From an uncultured Candidatus Saccharimonadales bacterium (GTDB taxonomy: Bacteria > Patescibacteriota > Saccharimonadia > UBA4664): a stretch of DNA of 64,000 nucleotides. Positions 1 through 9,011 of this stretch are shown in pieces. The stretch covers positions 27,327-91,326 of the forward strand of contig CAYXSN010000002.1 of NCBI GenBank assembly GCA_964467655.1, given 5' to 3'. Under the pieces are notes generated by a model. The model was not told the origin of the DNA. It did not search any database and saw nothing but the letters and a program-made list of their open reading frames with translations. The position numbers and the translations under genes are program-made. Position 1 is the first letter of the stretch; every line of letters starts with the position of its first letter.

Positions 1-601
1 TGTTGAGCGCACCTCGGTTTTGTTGCACCTTGTGGACGGTCTGGCCGCAGATGTAGTGGCCGACTGGGGGACGATAGCGGCGGAGCTCATATCTTATGGC
101 CGCGGCCTAGCCGACAAACCGCGCTTGACGATCCTCACCAAAAGCGATGGCTTGACGCCCTCAGATCTTGAGGCTAAACTCCAGGCCTTAACCACAGCGA
201 CGGGCGGGCAGGTATACACCATGAGCGCCCAGGCTCATCGCGGTCTCGATGAAATTCTAGACGCCGTCTGGCCGCTGGTAGAAACCGATAGAGCAGCCCG
301 TGAAGCCCACATTGCTGAAGCCGCCGCTACTATCACGCTGTCAGACCTCCCCGGTGCGGCTGAACGCTGGTCGGTGGTGAGTGAAGGTGAGCGGGCCTGG
401 CGTCTGCACGGTGAAAAGCTTGAGGGTTTCGCGCGCCGCACCAACTTTGAGTCAGAAGACGCAGTCCGCCGACTGCAAGACATTTTGCACAAAACGGGTG
501 TCAGCCGCCAGCTCAAAAAACTCGGTGCCCAGGACGGCGATAGGGTGTTCGTGGGCGACCATGCCGTAGAATGGTCCGACAGGTTGCCCGGTACTCGCTA
601 G
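1..601 (+). CDS. obgE: GTPase ObgE/CgtA, C-terminal part (gene starts before the window)
   Basis: LHLVD, TKSD (G4) and SA (G5) motifs, then an OCT/DUF1967-type tail (TNFESEDAVRRLQDIL..GV...LKKLGAQDGDRV). Confidence 0.9.
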   Translation, partial: VERTSVLLHLVDGLAADVVADWGTIAAELISYGRGLADKPRLTILTKSDGLTPSDLEAKLQALTTATGGQVYTMSAQAHRGLDEILDAVWPLVETDRAAREAHIAEAAATITLSDLPGAAERWSVVSEGERAWRLHGEKLEGFARRTNFESEDAVRRLQDILHKTGVSRQLKKLGAQDGDRVFVGDHAVEWSDRLPGTR

Positions 602-610
602 TCGGCTACA

Positions 611-1159
611 ATGAAGCCCATGGTTTCAACAAAGTCAGTTGTGTTGGTCACAATCAGCGCTGTACTCGCGGCCTGTCTCACTGGTGGCGTGGTCTACGCC
701 GTGATGCATCAAAAAGCCACCACCGACCAAGAAGAGCAATCTACCACTATTGCCAGTCTACGCCGTCAATTAGCGGAAGCTCGAAGCACTCCGACGCCGG
801 CGGCCACCCTGACACCGGCACCAACAGCCACGCCTGCTAGTGATGCTGCTACTATCGCCACCCAAACCAAGGCGTTCACTGCCAAGCTGGGAACCAACAC
901 CGAAAGCACCGTTACGACCCTGTTTACCCCTGCCTTCCAGAAGACGTACCAAGACCAGCACAGCGGTTCGCTCGCCAAGTTGCTGGGCATTCAGGACACT
1001 CCCGATCAGGGGTACATCTATGGCACACCCGCTATCAAGGGATCGGCGGCTGATATAACAGTCGGCTTCAAGTACAGTGGCTCGGGCACCACAAATTACA
1101 AATTCAGCTTTCAAAAGACCGGCACCACCTGGCTGATCAGCGGTATCGCCAAACAATAA
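611..1159 (+). CDS. Membrane-anchored/secreted hypothetical protein
   Basis: N-terminal hydrophobic helix, short coiled coil, PT-rich linker, small C-terminal domain. Confidence 0.75.
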   Translation: MKPMVSTKSVVLVTISAVLAACLTGGVVYAVMHQKATTDQEEQSTTIASLRRQLAEARSTPTPAATLTPAPTATPASDAATIATQTKAFTAKLGTNTESTVTTLFTPAFQKTYQDQHSGSLAKLLGIQDTPDQGYIYGTPAIKGSAADITVGFKYSGSGTTNYKFSFQKTGTTWLISGIAKQ

Positions 1160-1175
1160 CCAAAAACAGTCCATC

Positions 1176-2984
1176 ATGAGAAGACCCAAAACACCTCGCC
1201 AAACCCTGGCGCTTTACTGGCGCGCGACCCTCGGATACCGGGGGTGGCTTGTCATGCACATCGCCACCGTCACGTCGGCGGTACTGGCCCAAAGCATCCT
1301 GTCGCCTTACCTAGTATCCCAAGGGATCAACATCTTGTCGGCCGCCGTGAGTCGTCCCCAGGTGTCGTTTTGGGCGACCTTTGGCACGATCATTAGCTGG
1401 TATCTGGCGGCCCAATTGATGTCCTGGACAGCTTGGCGGTTATCTGGTTGGGCGGTTGTGAAGTTCGAAATCGGTGTGATGGCTAAGCTCGATCAATTGA
1501 GCTTTGAACACCTAGCTGGCCTCAGCTACCGGTTTTACACAAGTGCTTTTACTGGCTCGCTCGTCAACCAGTCCAATCGTTTGGCCCGGTCGTTTGAACG
1601 ACTCTACGACGTGTTGGCGTTCGACATCCTGACTCTGTTCCTCAAAGTCGGTTTTACCTCAACCATCCTGTTTACCATCCAGCCGGTGATCGCTCTAGCC
1701 TTGTTGGCGTTCTTTGCCCTCTACGCCGCCGCAGCCGTTGGTTTGGCGCTGTGGAAAATGCCTGCCAGTGCCGCCGCCGCAGCCGCCTCCAGTCGTCAAA
1801 CCGGACAGCTGGCCGACAAGCTGACCAACATCTCGGCTATCAAGTACTTTGCCCGTGAACCCGACGAAATCACCAGCTATCGCCAAACGGTTGCAACGAC
1901 CAAACAGGCCTTCACACGCGACTGGGTGACGCAAGAAATTATTAACGCCGTTCAGGCGGTTTTGCTAATTGCCTTTAGCGCCGGCTTCTTCATTGGATCG
2001 CTATATCTGGTATCTCAGGGCCGGATCAACTTCGGTCAATTCATTTTGGTGCAATCCTATGTGATGGTCATCTTTGATGCCCTCTGGGGGATTGGCCGGA
2101 TTGCCCGCAATATCGAACGGTCGCTCGCTGATGCCGCCGAAATGACTACCATTATGTCAACGCCAGCCGAAGTGCAAGACCGGCCGGATGCCGCGGCTGT
2201 CACCATCAGCACCGGTCGAGTCGATTTCGAAAGGGTCACCTTCGGTTATGATGGCCAAAAACGGCATCGGGTGTTTCAGGGGCTCGATCTGCACATCGAG
2301 CCGGGCGAAAAAATCGGTCTCGTTGGTACTTCCGGTGGTGGTAAGACGACTATCACCAAACTGTTACTCAGATTGCTCGACATTCAGGACGGCAGCATCT
2401 TGATTGATGGATATGATATCGCCAAATTGCGCCAAGCTGATGTCCGTCGGGCTATCAGCTATGTGCCGCAAGAGCCCCTACTGTTTCACCGCAGCCTGCA
2501 AGAGAACATTGCCTACGGCCGGCCCGAAGCTACCGTCCGCCAGATCAAACAAGCCGCCGCTCGGGCGCACGCCGCCGAGTTCATCGAACAGTTGCCGGAC
2601 GGCTACCAGACGCTGGTGGGCGAACGGGGCATCAAGTTGTCTGGCGGCCAGCGCCAACGCATCGCCATAGCCCGGGCTATGCTCAAAGATGCCCCGATCC
2701 TTATGCTCGATGAGGCCACCAGTGCCCTTGATTCCGAATCAGAAAAGCTCATTCAAGCCGCACTGGCCGACCTCATGCAGGGCCGCACCGCCATCGTCAT
2801 CGCCCACCGCCTCAGTACTATCCAACGACTCGATCGCATCGTCGTTCTGGAAGCCGGCCAAATCGTCGAGCAAGGCAACCACGCCGAGCTTCTCAGACTT
2901 GGTGGTGTCTATGCGGGTCTGTGGGCTCATCAATCTGGCGGCTTTATCGCTGAGGCCAAGACGGAAACCGCCCGCTCAAAGTAG
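1176..2984 (+). CDS. ABC exporter, fused permease + ATPase
   Basis: TM N-half; Walker A GTSGGGKTT, LSGGQRQR signature, Walker B LMLDEATS, H-loop AHRLST. Confidence 0.95.
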   Translation: MRRPKTPRQTLALYWRATLGYRGWLVMHIATVTSAVLAQSILSPYLVSQGINILSAAVSRPQVSFWATFGTIISWYLAAQLMSWTAWRLSGWAVVKFEIGVMAKLDQLSFEHLAGLSYRFYTSAFTGSLVNQSNRLARSFERLYDVLAFDILTLFLKVGFTSTILFTIQPVIALALLAFFALYAAAAVGLALWKMPASAAAAAASSRQTGQLADKLTNISAIKYFAREPDEITSYRQTVATTKQAFTRDWVTQEIINAVQAVLLIAFSAGFFIGSLYLVSQGRINFGQFILVQSYVMVIFDALWGIGRIARNIERSLADAAEMTTIMSTPAEVQDRPDAAAVTISTGRVDFERVTFGYDGQKRHRVFQGLDLHIEPGEKIGLVGTSGGGKTTITKLLLRLLDIQDGSILIDGYDIAKLRQADVRRAISYVPQEPLLFHRSLQENIAYGRPEATVRQIKQAAARAHAAEFIEQLPDGYQTLVGERGIKLSGGQRQRIAIARAMLKDAPILMLDEATSALDSESEKLIQAALADLMQGRTAIVIAHRLSTIQRLDRIVVLEAGQIVEQGNHAELLRLGGVYAGLWAHQSGGFIAEAKTETARSK

Positions 2985-3026
2985 CCGAAAATCTGGCTAC
3001 CTCGAACGGGCGGTTAGTATCGGGAA

Positions 3027-3494
3027 TCAGGACGATTCAAGCGAAGGCCGGTGTAGGGCGTAACCCACAGCGCCCACGAGCGCCGCAAACTCTGCTACCA
3101 AGGGCAGCCAGATCGGCCAGCTGAAGGGCACGTTCCGTGCCAGATACATAGTCAGCCACATAGTTGGCACTATACCCAAGGCTGCCCAGCTCAACAGAAC
3201 GTTTTTCAGATCATACTGCGCACAGCGGCAGAGCACCTGTGTGCGACAATTTTGTGCCTCGTGCCGCTCCCAGAAGATGGGCTGGCCCTCGCTGGTCGTG
3301 TCAGTTACCCAAGCCACGTACAGTGCCAGCATGACGCCTGAGCTTGCAGCGACACCGAGCAATGTATCGGCCTGTGGCACGGCGTGGCGGAGGCAAGACC
3401 AGTTGAGTAAGGGGGTAACCACGAGGCCACCCAAGAATCCCGCCAGCCTCATGCGGTGAGTTCGAACCATGGTCCTGTGATAGGTACGGCGCAT
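3027..3494 (-). CDS. Hypothetical membrane protein
   Basis: About 4 hydrophobic segments; fills the gap between the ABC gene and the tRNA. Confidence 0.55.
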   Translation of the reverse strand: MRRTYHRTMVRTHRMRLAGFLGGLVVTPLLNWSCLRHAVPQADTLLGVAASSGVMLALYVAWVTDTTSEGQPIFWERHEAQNCRTQVLCRCAQYDLKNVLLSWAALGIVPTMWLTMYLARNVPFSWPIWLPLVAEFAALVGAVGYALHRPSLESS

Positions 3495-3620
3495 CGTTCT
3501 CTCTATTCGCTCGAAGGAAGTTGCCGATCGCTAACCACTATAAAAACACAAAGCACGCAAAAAGTCCAATACAACTTGACGCTTCAGTCGAAGCTTGCCA
3601 CAATGAACCAGTCCATGCTT

Positions 3621-3696
3621 GGGGCTGTAGCTCATCCGGTAGAGCGCTGCATTCGCATTGCAGAGGTAAGGGGTTCGAGTCCCCTCAGCTCCACCA
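3621..3696 (+). tRNA. tRNA-Ala(CGC)
   Basis: GGGGCTG acceptor stem with G3:U70; anticodon arm CTGCA-TTCGCAT-TGCAG; GTTCGAGT T-loop; encoded CCA. Confidence 0.95.
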
Positions 3697-3776
3697 TAAA
3701 GTACACAAACGCTTTTTTAGCTCAATTTTAACCTTGTCTGATCTGTCAGTAGGGTCATTTTTGATGGTTTGGTTAT

Positions 3777-4286
3777 TCATTTTTGGCCTCCAGTTAATTT
3801 CTTCGTTTCTACGACATTCTTGGCGATAATTCCCGTAAAATCTGTGTACCCAACAGATAGGGAGCTGCCGTCCAAGACCATATTCTGAAAAAGTTTGGTT
3901 ATTATCAGACGCTTTTGCTGCGGCGTGCGTTTGGCATAAATTTCGGCAGCCCGTTGTGACAACTCAAGCAGCACCAAAGTCTGGTCGAGCCGATTGCCAG
4001 CCGATTTATCAATGGTCTGTAATTGCTCGTGCAACTTGGCTTTCTGCTCACGGAACTCGCCATGCTTGGCCACGTACTTTTCCTGGGATATTTCACCTGC
4101 CAGCTTGTCGGGGTTGCCAGCACTTGTCATGTACTGAATACCGCCCATCACCAAAAAGAACACCGCCGCCAGCGATGCCAGCCCGCAGAGCGTAGCAATC
4201 GCGGGCGTGATGAAGCCCTGCATCACTGAGGCAGCCGAAGATGCGTTAGCTAGGAATATGAACGGCATATCTGGAGTGAATGCCAT
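3777..4286 (-). pseudogene. Chimera: VirB2/TrbC-like pilin N-terminus fused in frame to a large serine recombinase C-terminus
   Basis: GGIQYMTSAGNPDKL (pilin motif, cf. neighbour YITSSGNPERL), followed directly by GEISQEKY..coiled coil..QQKRLIITKLFQNMVLDG (recombinase-type tail). Confidence 0.65.
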
Positions 4287-4289
4287 TCG

Positions 4290-4628
4290 TTACTTCCCAA
4301 ATGCGCTCGTTGCTAAGTCGGTCACAATGTTACTGATGACAAAAGCCGCAATGACAATTGCCAGCCCAACACCCGACCAAATGACGGTCTGCCTGGACTT
4401 CTCCAGCCGTTCCGGATTGCCCGAGCTCGTGATGTAGCCCAAGCCACCAACCACAAAGAAACCGGTAGCTACCAGTCCGGCGAGGCCGGCCACCACCTTG
4501 ATAATACTGCGGATAAATGTTTCAACTTGGGTTATATTTCCGTCCGACGCAAATACCGGATGAGCGAGAACGAGGGGAAGACCCAAACTTAGTACTGCCA
4601 TGAATTTTATTGCTTTGGATCTTTGCAC
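4290..4628 (-). CDS. VirB2/TrbC-like conjugative pilin
   Basis: Signal peptide (PVFA), two hydrophobic helices flanking GGLGYITSSGNPERLEKSR. Confidence 0.8.
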   Translation of the reverse strand: MQRSKAIKFMAVLSLGLPLVLAHPVFASDGNITQVETFIRSIIKVVAGLAGLVATGFFVVGGLGYITSSGNPERLEKSRQTVIWSGVGLAIVIAAFVISNIVTDLATSAFGK

Positions 4629-4742
4629 TTGATCGCTCCTACGCCTTTACAAACACTTTTCTTGCCTTAGATATAACAGATGCTTTACATTAAGCAAACA
4701 AGATGTTAGAGCATAAGCAACATTGCTCATGCTAAAATTGGA

Positions 4743-5189
4743 TTGATGTACAAGAGAATGACTGAGAAATTCAAAGCCCTGGAGCCGAATAAACGGCGGA
4801 TCATTATTGGTTCTAGCCTCGCCATTTTGGCGCTCGTCGCGGTCGTAGGATATCGCATGATGGTGCCTGAGCGATCGGTCAGTGCCTACTGCAAAACTTT
4901 TGCCAGTGAGAAAACCAGGCTCGCCAAATACCCAGGCAACACCTACCCATCCGGGGTGTTCAACGACTCGCTAAGCGATGCTGGTCAGTTTGCGACATCA
5001 TTTGGCCGGCTAGAGCGCGTTGCGCCCAGCGACATTAAGCCTGACGTAACAACACTCAAATCCCTCTATCAGAAAATGCACGATGATCCATCATCAAGTT
5101 TTGCGGCAAGCTTGAGTGGCATTGGCGCAGAGAACAGCGTGAAGCAATGGACGGACAGCCATTGCAGCTCCGTAGAAAACGCAAAATAA
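4743..5189 (+). CDS. Membrane-anchored hypothetical protein
   Basis: N-terminal TM segment; two Cys bracket a helical domain. Confidence 0.65.
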   Translation: MMYKRMTEKFKALEPNKRRIIIGSSLAILALVAVVGYRMMVPERSVSAYCKTFASEKTRLAKYPGNTYPSGVFNDSLSDAGQFATSFGRLERVAPSDIKPDVTTLKSLYQKMHDDPSSSFAASLSGIGAENSVKQWTDSHCSSVENAK

Positions 5190-5214
5190 GTTATCAGAAC
5201 TGGAGACGCGTGAA

Positions 5215-5529
5215 GTGACGATTCAAGAAGCCCAACAACAAGCCCTAGCCATCGCCGAAAAATATCGACACCAAAACGCCGCCCAGGGCAAAGAAACATG
5301 GGACGCATCGGCATATATGGCAGGCTTCGTCGGTGACGTCGGCGATCTATCTAAACTGATCATGGCAAGAGCCGGCTATCGCGACATTGAAAATCACGAC
5401 GCCAAAATTGCCCATGAACTGAGCGATTGCCTCTGGTCGGTACTGGTGCTGGCTCATGAACTTGGGGTTGACCTTGAATCTGAGTTTGCGAACACCATGC
5501 GCGAGCTCGACAAACACCTGGCAGAATAA
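5215..5529 (+). CDS. MazG-like all-alpha NTP pyrophosphohydrolase
   Basis: GDVGDL...HELSDCLWSVLVLAHELGVDL pattern. Confidence 0.8.
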   Translation: MTIQEAQQQALAIAEKYRHQNAAQGKETWDASAYMAGFVGDVGDLSKLIMARAGYRDIENHDAKIAHELSDCLWSVLVLAHELGVDLESEFANTMRELDKHLAE

Positions 5530-5555
5530 CCAAAGTCCGGTACAATCACTAGAGC

Positions 5556-6158
5556 ATGCAAACCGAAATCGAAGCCAAATTTATCAATATCAAGCCATCG
5601 GCCATCCGCGCTCGACTAGAGGCGCTTGGCGCTACCCTCGTGCAACCTGAGCGGTTGATGCGCCGCCGTACCTTTGACTTCGCGGACACCCGCCTCAACC
5701 AAACCGGCAGTTGGGCCCGGGTTCGTGATGAAGGCGACAAGATCACCATGAGCTTCAAGCAAAACAAGGACGACACATTACATGGTACCGTTGAAATTAA
5801 CCTAACCGTGGACGACTTTGATACCGCCGCTGACTTCCTGAAGGCGCTCGGTCTAGTACAAAAATCATACCAAGAAACCAAGCGCGAAGCCTGGCTCTTG
5901 GACGGCACCGAAATCACTATCGATACCTGGCCGTGGATTGCTCCCTTCGTCGAAGTTGAAGGCCATTCAGAACAGGCCGTCCGGGAAACCGCAAGCAAAC
6001 TCGGCTTTGACTGGGCCAAAGCTATGCATGGAAGTGTAACCCCCGTCTACCAGCTTGACTACAATGTGACGGCGGCCGAAGTGAACGGTTGGGAAACCAT
6101 AACCTTTGAGCCCGTTCCGGCCTGGCTCGAACAGCGCCGGAAGCCACGCCATGACTAG
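5556..6158 (+). CDS. CYTH-domain protein (class IV adenylyl cyclase/triphosphatase-like)
   Basis: EIEAKF start, ARVRDEG, ETKREAW, FVEVEG. Confidence 0.9.
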   Translation: MQTEIEAKFINIKPSAIRARLEALGATLVQPERLMRRRTFDFADTRLNQTGSWARVRDEGDKITMSFKQNKDDTLHGTVEINLTVDDFDTAADFLKALGLVQKSYQETKREAWLLDGTEITIDTWPWIAPFVEVEGHSEQAVRETASKLGFDWAKAMHGSVTPVYQLDYNVTAAEVNGWETITFEPVPAWLEQRRKPRHD

Positions 6159-6606
6159 GCGGATATCGGTTCGTGGCATTGTCCTGCACAAGGGCAAATT
6201 ACTTTGTGTGCGCCTCGGGCCCAGTCCGTCAGAAGGTCGAGTAGGCCCGTCAGATTATTGGTGTCTGCCCGGCGGTGGTCTTGAAGAAGGTGAATCCCTG
6301 CACACTGGACTTGAGCGTGAGATGATTGAGGAAACAGGCGTAAAACCGGCCATTGGCCAGCTCATGTACGTTCAGCAGTTCTCGATTGGCGACAAAGAAT
6401 ATCTGGATTTCTTCTTCCACGTCGCGAACCACCAAGATTATGTGAATATAGATTTGTCCAATACAACGCATGGCGAGATCGAGCTGGCCGAAATCTCATT
6501 TATCGACCCTGCCAGTAGTCATGTTATGCCAGAGTTCCTCACTCAGGAAGATTTACGGCAATTCGTCGAGAGTATCCAACCAACACGTGTGATCTCAAGA
6601 CTTTAA
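6151..6606 (+). CDS. NUDIX hydrolase
   Basis: Nudix box GGGLEEGESLHTGLEREMIEETG. Confidence 0.9.
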   Translation: MTRRISVRGIVLHKGKLLCVRLGPSPSEGRVGPSDYWCLPGGGLEEGESLHTGLEREMIEETGVKPAIGQLMYVQQFSIGDKEYLDFFFHVANHQDYVNIDLSNTTHGEIELAEISFIDPASSHVMPEFLTQEDLRQFVESIQPTRVISRL

Positions 6607-6649
6607 TTGTGGCCCGCTCATTGGTGCCAAGGCTTAGATAGGATTTACC

Positions 6650-7168
6650 ATGACAAATCACGAGAACCTTATGTCTGCACCTATTGAAACGGAAATGAAT
6701 TTAATCATCACTGATAAATCTGGCCTACTTGAGTTCTTAAAAACGCAAGCTGACGTTAAGAAATCGCAAATACAATTTGATTATTATGGTAAGCCGGGAG
6801 ATAAATCGTTTTACGTCCGCATCGAGCAACGAACCGATGCTGCCGGCAACGTCACGAGGTTCGTAACTGCCAAGGGTTCCTTCGCCAACAATGACGGTAT
6901 CAACCAAAGAAAAGAGGCAACTCTAGCCATTCCTGATAATGCAGTATCGGATTATAAAGACTTTCTTGAAGTTGTTCAGCTCCAGTCTCGTGATACCAAG
7001 ACTAAAACCCGGCACGCTTTTAAGATCGACGGCCTCGATGTGACTGTCGACGAATGGGATACCCCCGAGCTAGGTGATCGTCTTGAGATTGAAGGCACCG
7101 ATATGGCGAAGATCAAGGATTTTGCCTCACGCGTATCGGCCTATTGCCAGTCCGAGCCCTCAGAATAA
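6650..7168 (+). CDS. Second, divergent CYTH-domain protein
   Basis: IETE start, YVRIE, TAKG, KTRH, VTVD, LEIEG. Confidence 0.75.
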   Translation: MTNHENLMSAPIETEMNLIITDKSGLLEFLKTQADVKKSQIQFDYYGKPGDKSFYVRIEQRTDAAGNVTRFVTAKGSFANNDGINQRKEATLAIPDNAVSDYKDFLEVVQLQSRDTKTKTRHAFKIDGLDVTVDEWDTPELGDRLEIEGTDMAKIKDFASRVSAYCQSEPSE

Positions 7169-7538
7169 ACAAGCGGGTATGTCCTAAAAAAGCTCAGCCC
7201 AGATGACCATAGCCTCTTTGAGCTTTTTCTAGTATTCGTCATATGTAGGAAGTTTCTGGGCAAGCTCAATATAGCAAGACTTGACGGTCGTCGCGGTCAG
7301 TTCAATCTTATCAACCCAGCTGGGAGTACAACTCAGCCGACGAGCTTGCACACAGCAAGATCAGCAAGAGCAAGTTCGCCCTGCGGGTAGACTTCGACCC
7401 CGAGCTACACCCACTTGGTATTGGCGATGGGGGAATCAACGCGTCCACTCTGGTGCCAAACGGGGCTGCGGCCCTGAGTTTGGCTGCCAATGCGGCAAGA
7501 CGGTTGATGGCGGTTGCGGCTACACCTTGAATAGGGTT

Positions 7539-7721
7539 TCAAACGCCGTAGGCGTTACTCATCACATTGGCAAGAGCGGCCGTTCCCGCTAGGATTAGTC
7601 CGCCAGCTACAAATAGCCAGAAGACCCAGTTACCGTGGTCCTTGGAACTAGAGAATTTCCACGCTGACACCGCTACAGCGACTGCGGCAGAAATTAGTAG
7701 GACGATGTAGGCGCTAACCAT
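7539..7721 (-). CDS. Small two-TM membrane protein
   Basis: Two hydrophobic helices, 60 aa. Confidence 0.55.
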   Translation of the reverse strand: MVSAYIVLLISAAVAVAVSAWKFSSSKDHGNWVFWLFVAGGLILAGTAALANVMSNAYGV

Positions 7722-7784
7722 GAGCTTGCTCTTGTTATTGAAATGCTATTCTGCTCCACATGTTAGAGGCCTAGTTACTCTATG

Positions 7785-8030
7785 TCAATTAGCCAACGAC
7801 CTCTTTAGGATAAGCTGTTGCAGTTCTAGCTGACCGAGGATGTTGGGGTGGAAACTCTGCTGCGGCGGGAGGCTAACGGCGTTGAAGAATGGCCGCTTAG
7901 TACATAGTTCGTGGCCTTTGAAGGCGTCGTACATGGGGACATAGGTAAACCCTGCCGCCTCCGCTTTGCTCTTGATCTGCAAATCCATGTTGAGTGTCCG
8001 GCTGCAAAGACGCCCCAGGAGCTCCACCAT
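7785..8030 (-). pseudogene. C-terminal fragment of an SGNH/GDSL esterase
   Basis: DAFKGHELC...FNAVS..QQSFHPNILGQ resembles the block V end of SGNH lipases; no GDS N-terminus is present. Confidence 0.6.
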
Positions 8031-8096
8031 AAGAAACGCGACAATGTACGCCTCCGAGCCAAACCCGTAGTTGACGAAGCCTGGTATGATAGACCT

Positions 8097-8840
8097 ATGA
8101 CTATTACTGTTCTCCAATGGAATACCTGGTACCAAGAAAACGTCCATCACATCGCCGGCTTTTTGGCTGAGCATCCGGCTGACATCCTGACGCTCCAAGA
8201 GCTCACCATCGGTGACCGGCTTCAAGACGTGCCCAACTCGCCGGATTTCTTGGCAGCATCATTGGGATACCATGCCCATTATAAAGATATGCCCTACGAG
8301 ACTGCCGACGGCACGACTGTTACGCTGGCGAGTACCATCTTGAGCAAGCACCCAATCGCCACAACCAGGGCCGAATGGTTCAGCCAGCCGGCGCCCAGCG
8401 ATGCCATTGCCGACCACTATCGGGCCTACGTTGAAGCCACCATCGATTTGCCCGATGGCAGCCAGATCACTGTTGGAACGGCCGCCGCTAGTTATACTGA
8501 CAGCTTTACTAACTCTGTCGCCAAGGACGCCGAGACCGAAAGGCTCATCAATACCATGGGCGCTCACCAGCAACGGTATATTTTTGGCGGCGATCTGGGT
8601 GCCACCCCACCTAGCCACACGTACGAAGATTTCTGTCAGATGCTCGAACCACGCGGACCCAACCTCGTACAGCCCACCTGGACGACCAAGCCGTTTGGCC
8701 GTAACCAATACGATATTCACGAGCTAGCCTGGCGGCTTGATTACATATTTAGCACCCCTGACGTCAAACAAATTGACGCTGCCGTTCTGGAAACACCGTA
8801 TTCGAGCCATTTGCCGATCGCGGCAACGTTTGAAGTGTAA
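8097..8840 (+). CDS. Endonuclease/exonuclease/phosphatase-family protein (degenerate motifs)
   Basis: QWNTW, DILTLQE, GGDLG, RLDYIF, SSHLPI. Confidence 0.85.
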   Translation: MTITVLQWNTWYQENVHHIAGFLAEHPADILTLQELTIGDRLQDVPNSPDFLAASLGYHAHYKDMPYETADGTTVTLASTILSKHPIATTRAEWFSQPAPSDAIADHYRAYVEATIDLPDGSQITVGTAAASYTDSFTNSVAKDAETERLINTMGAHQQRYIFGGDLGATPPSHTYEDFCQMLEPRGPNLVQPTWTTKPFGRNQYDIHELAWRLDYIFSTPDVKQIDAAVLETPYSSHLPIAATFEV

Positions 8841-9011
8841 AAAAATAAGGTCATAATAATTTACTAAATAGTAAAAAATATGCTAATATACTGTATATTT
8901 GTGAGTGACTGGTCGGTCATGGTCTGAACTTACGCGATCGTTGAAAACCAAATATTGTACAAACAATTTGTTCAATACCAGATAGCAGAACCTAGCGGAA
9001 GGAGATGCATC

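Larger units (their letters stand above)
3686..4628 (-). mobile_element. Decayed conjugative/integrative element remnant at tRNA-Ala(CGC)
   Basis: Two pilin-like genes and a recombinase C-terminal fragment pointing into the tRNA 3' end. Confidence 0.65.

Noticed and set aside
7281-7592. 103-aa plus-strand ORF
   Set aside because: No recognisable features or start signals
7911-8096. N-terminal extension of the EEP ORF
   Set aside because: It is the antisense of the SGNH fragment; the start at 8097 follows a -10 box
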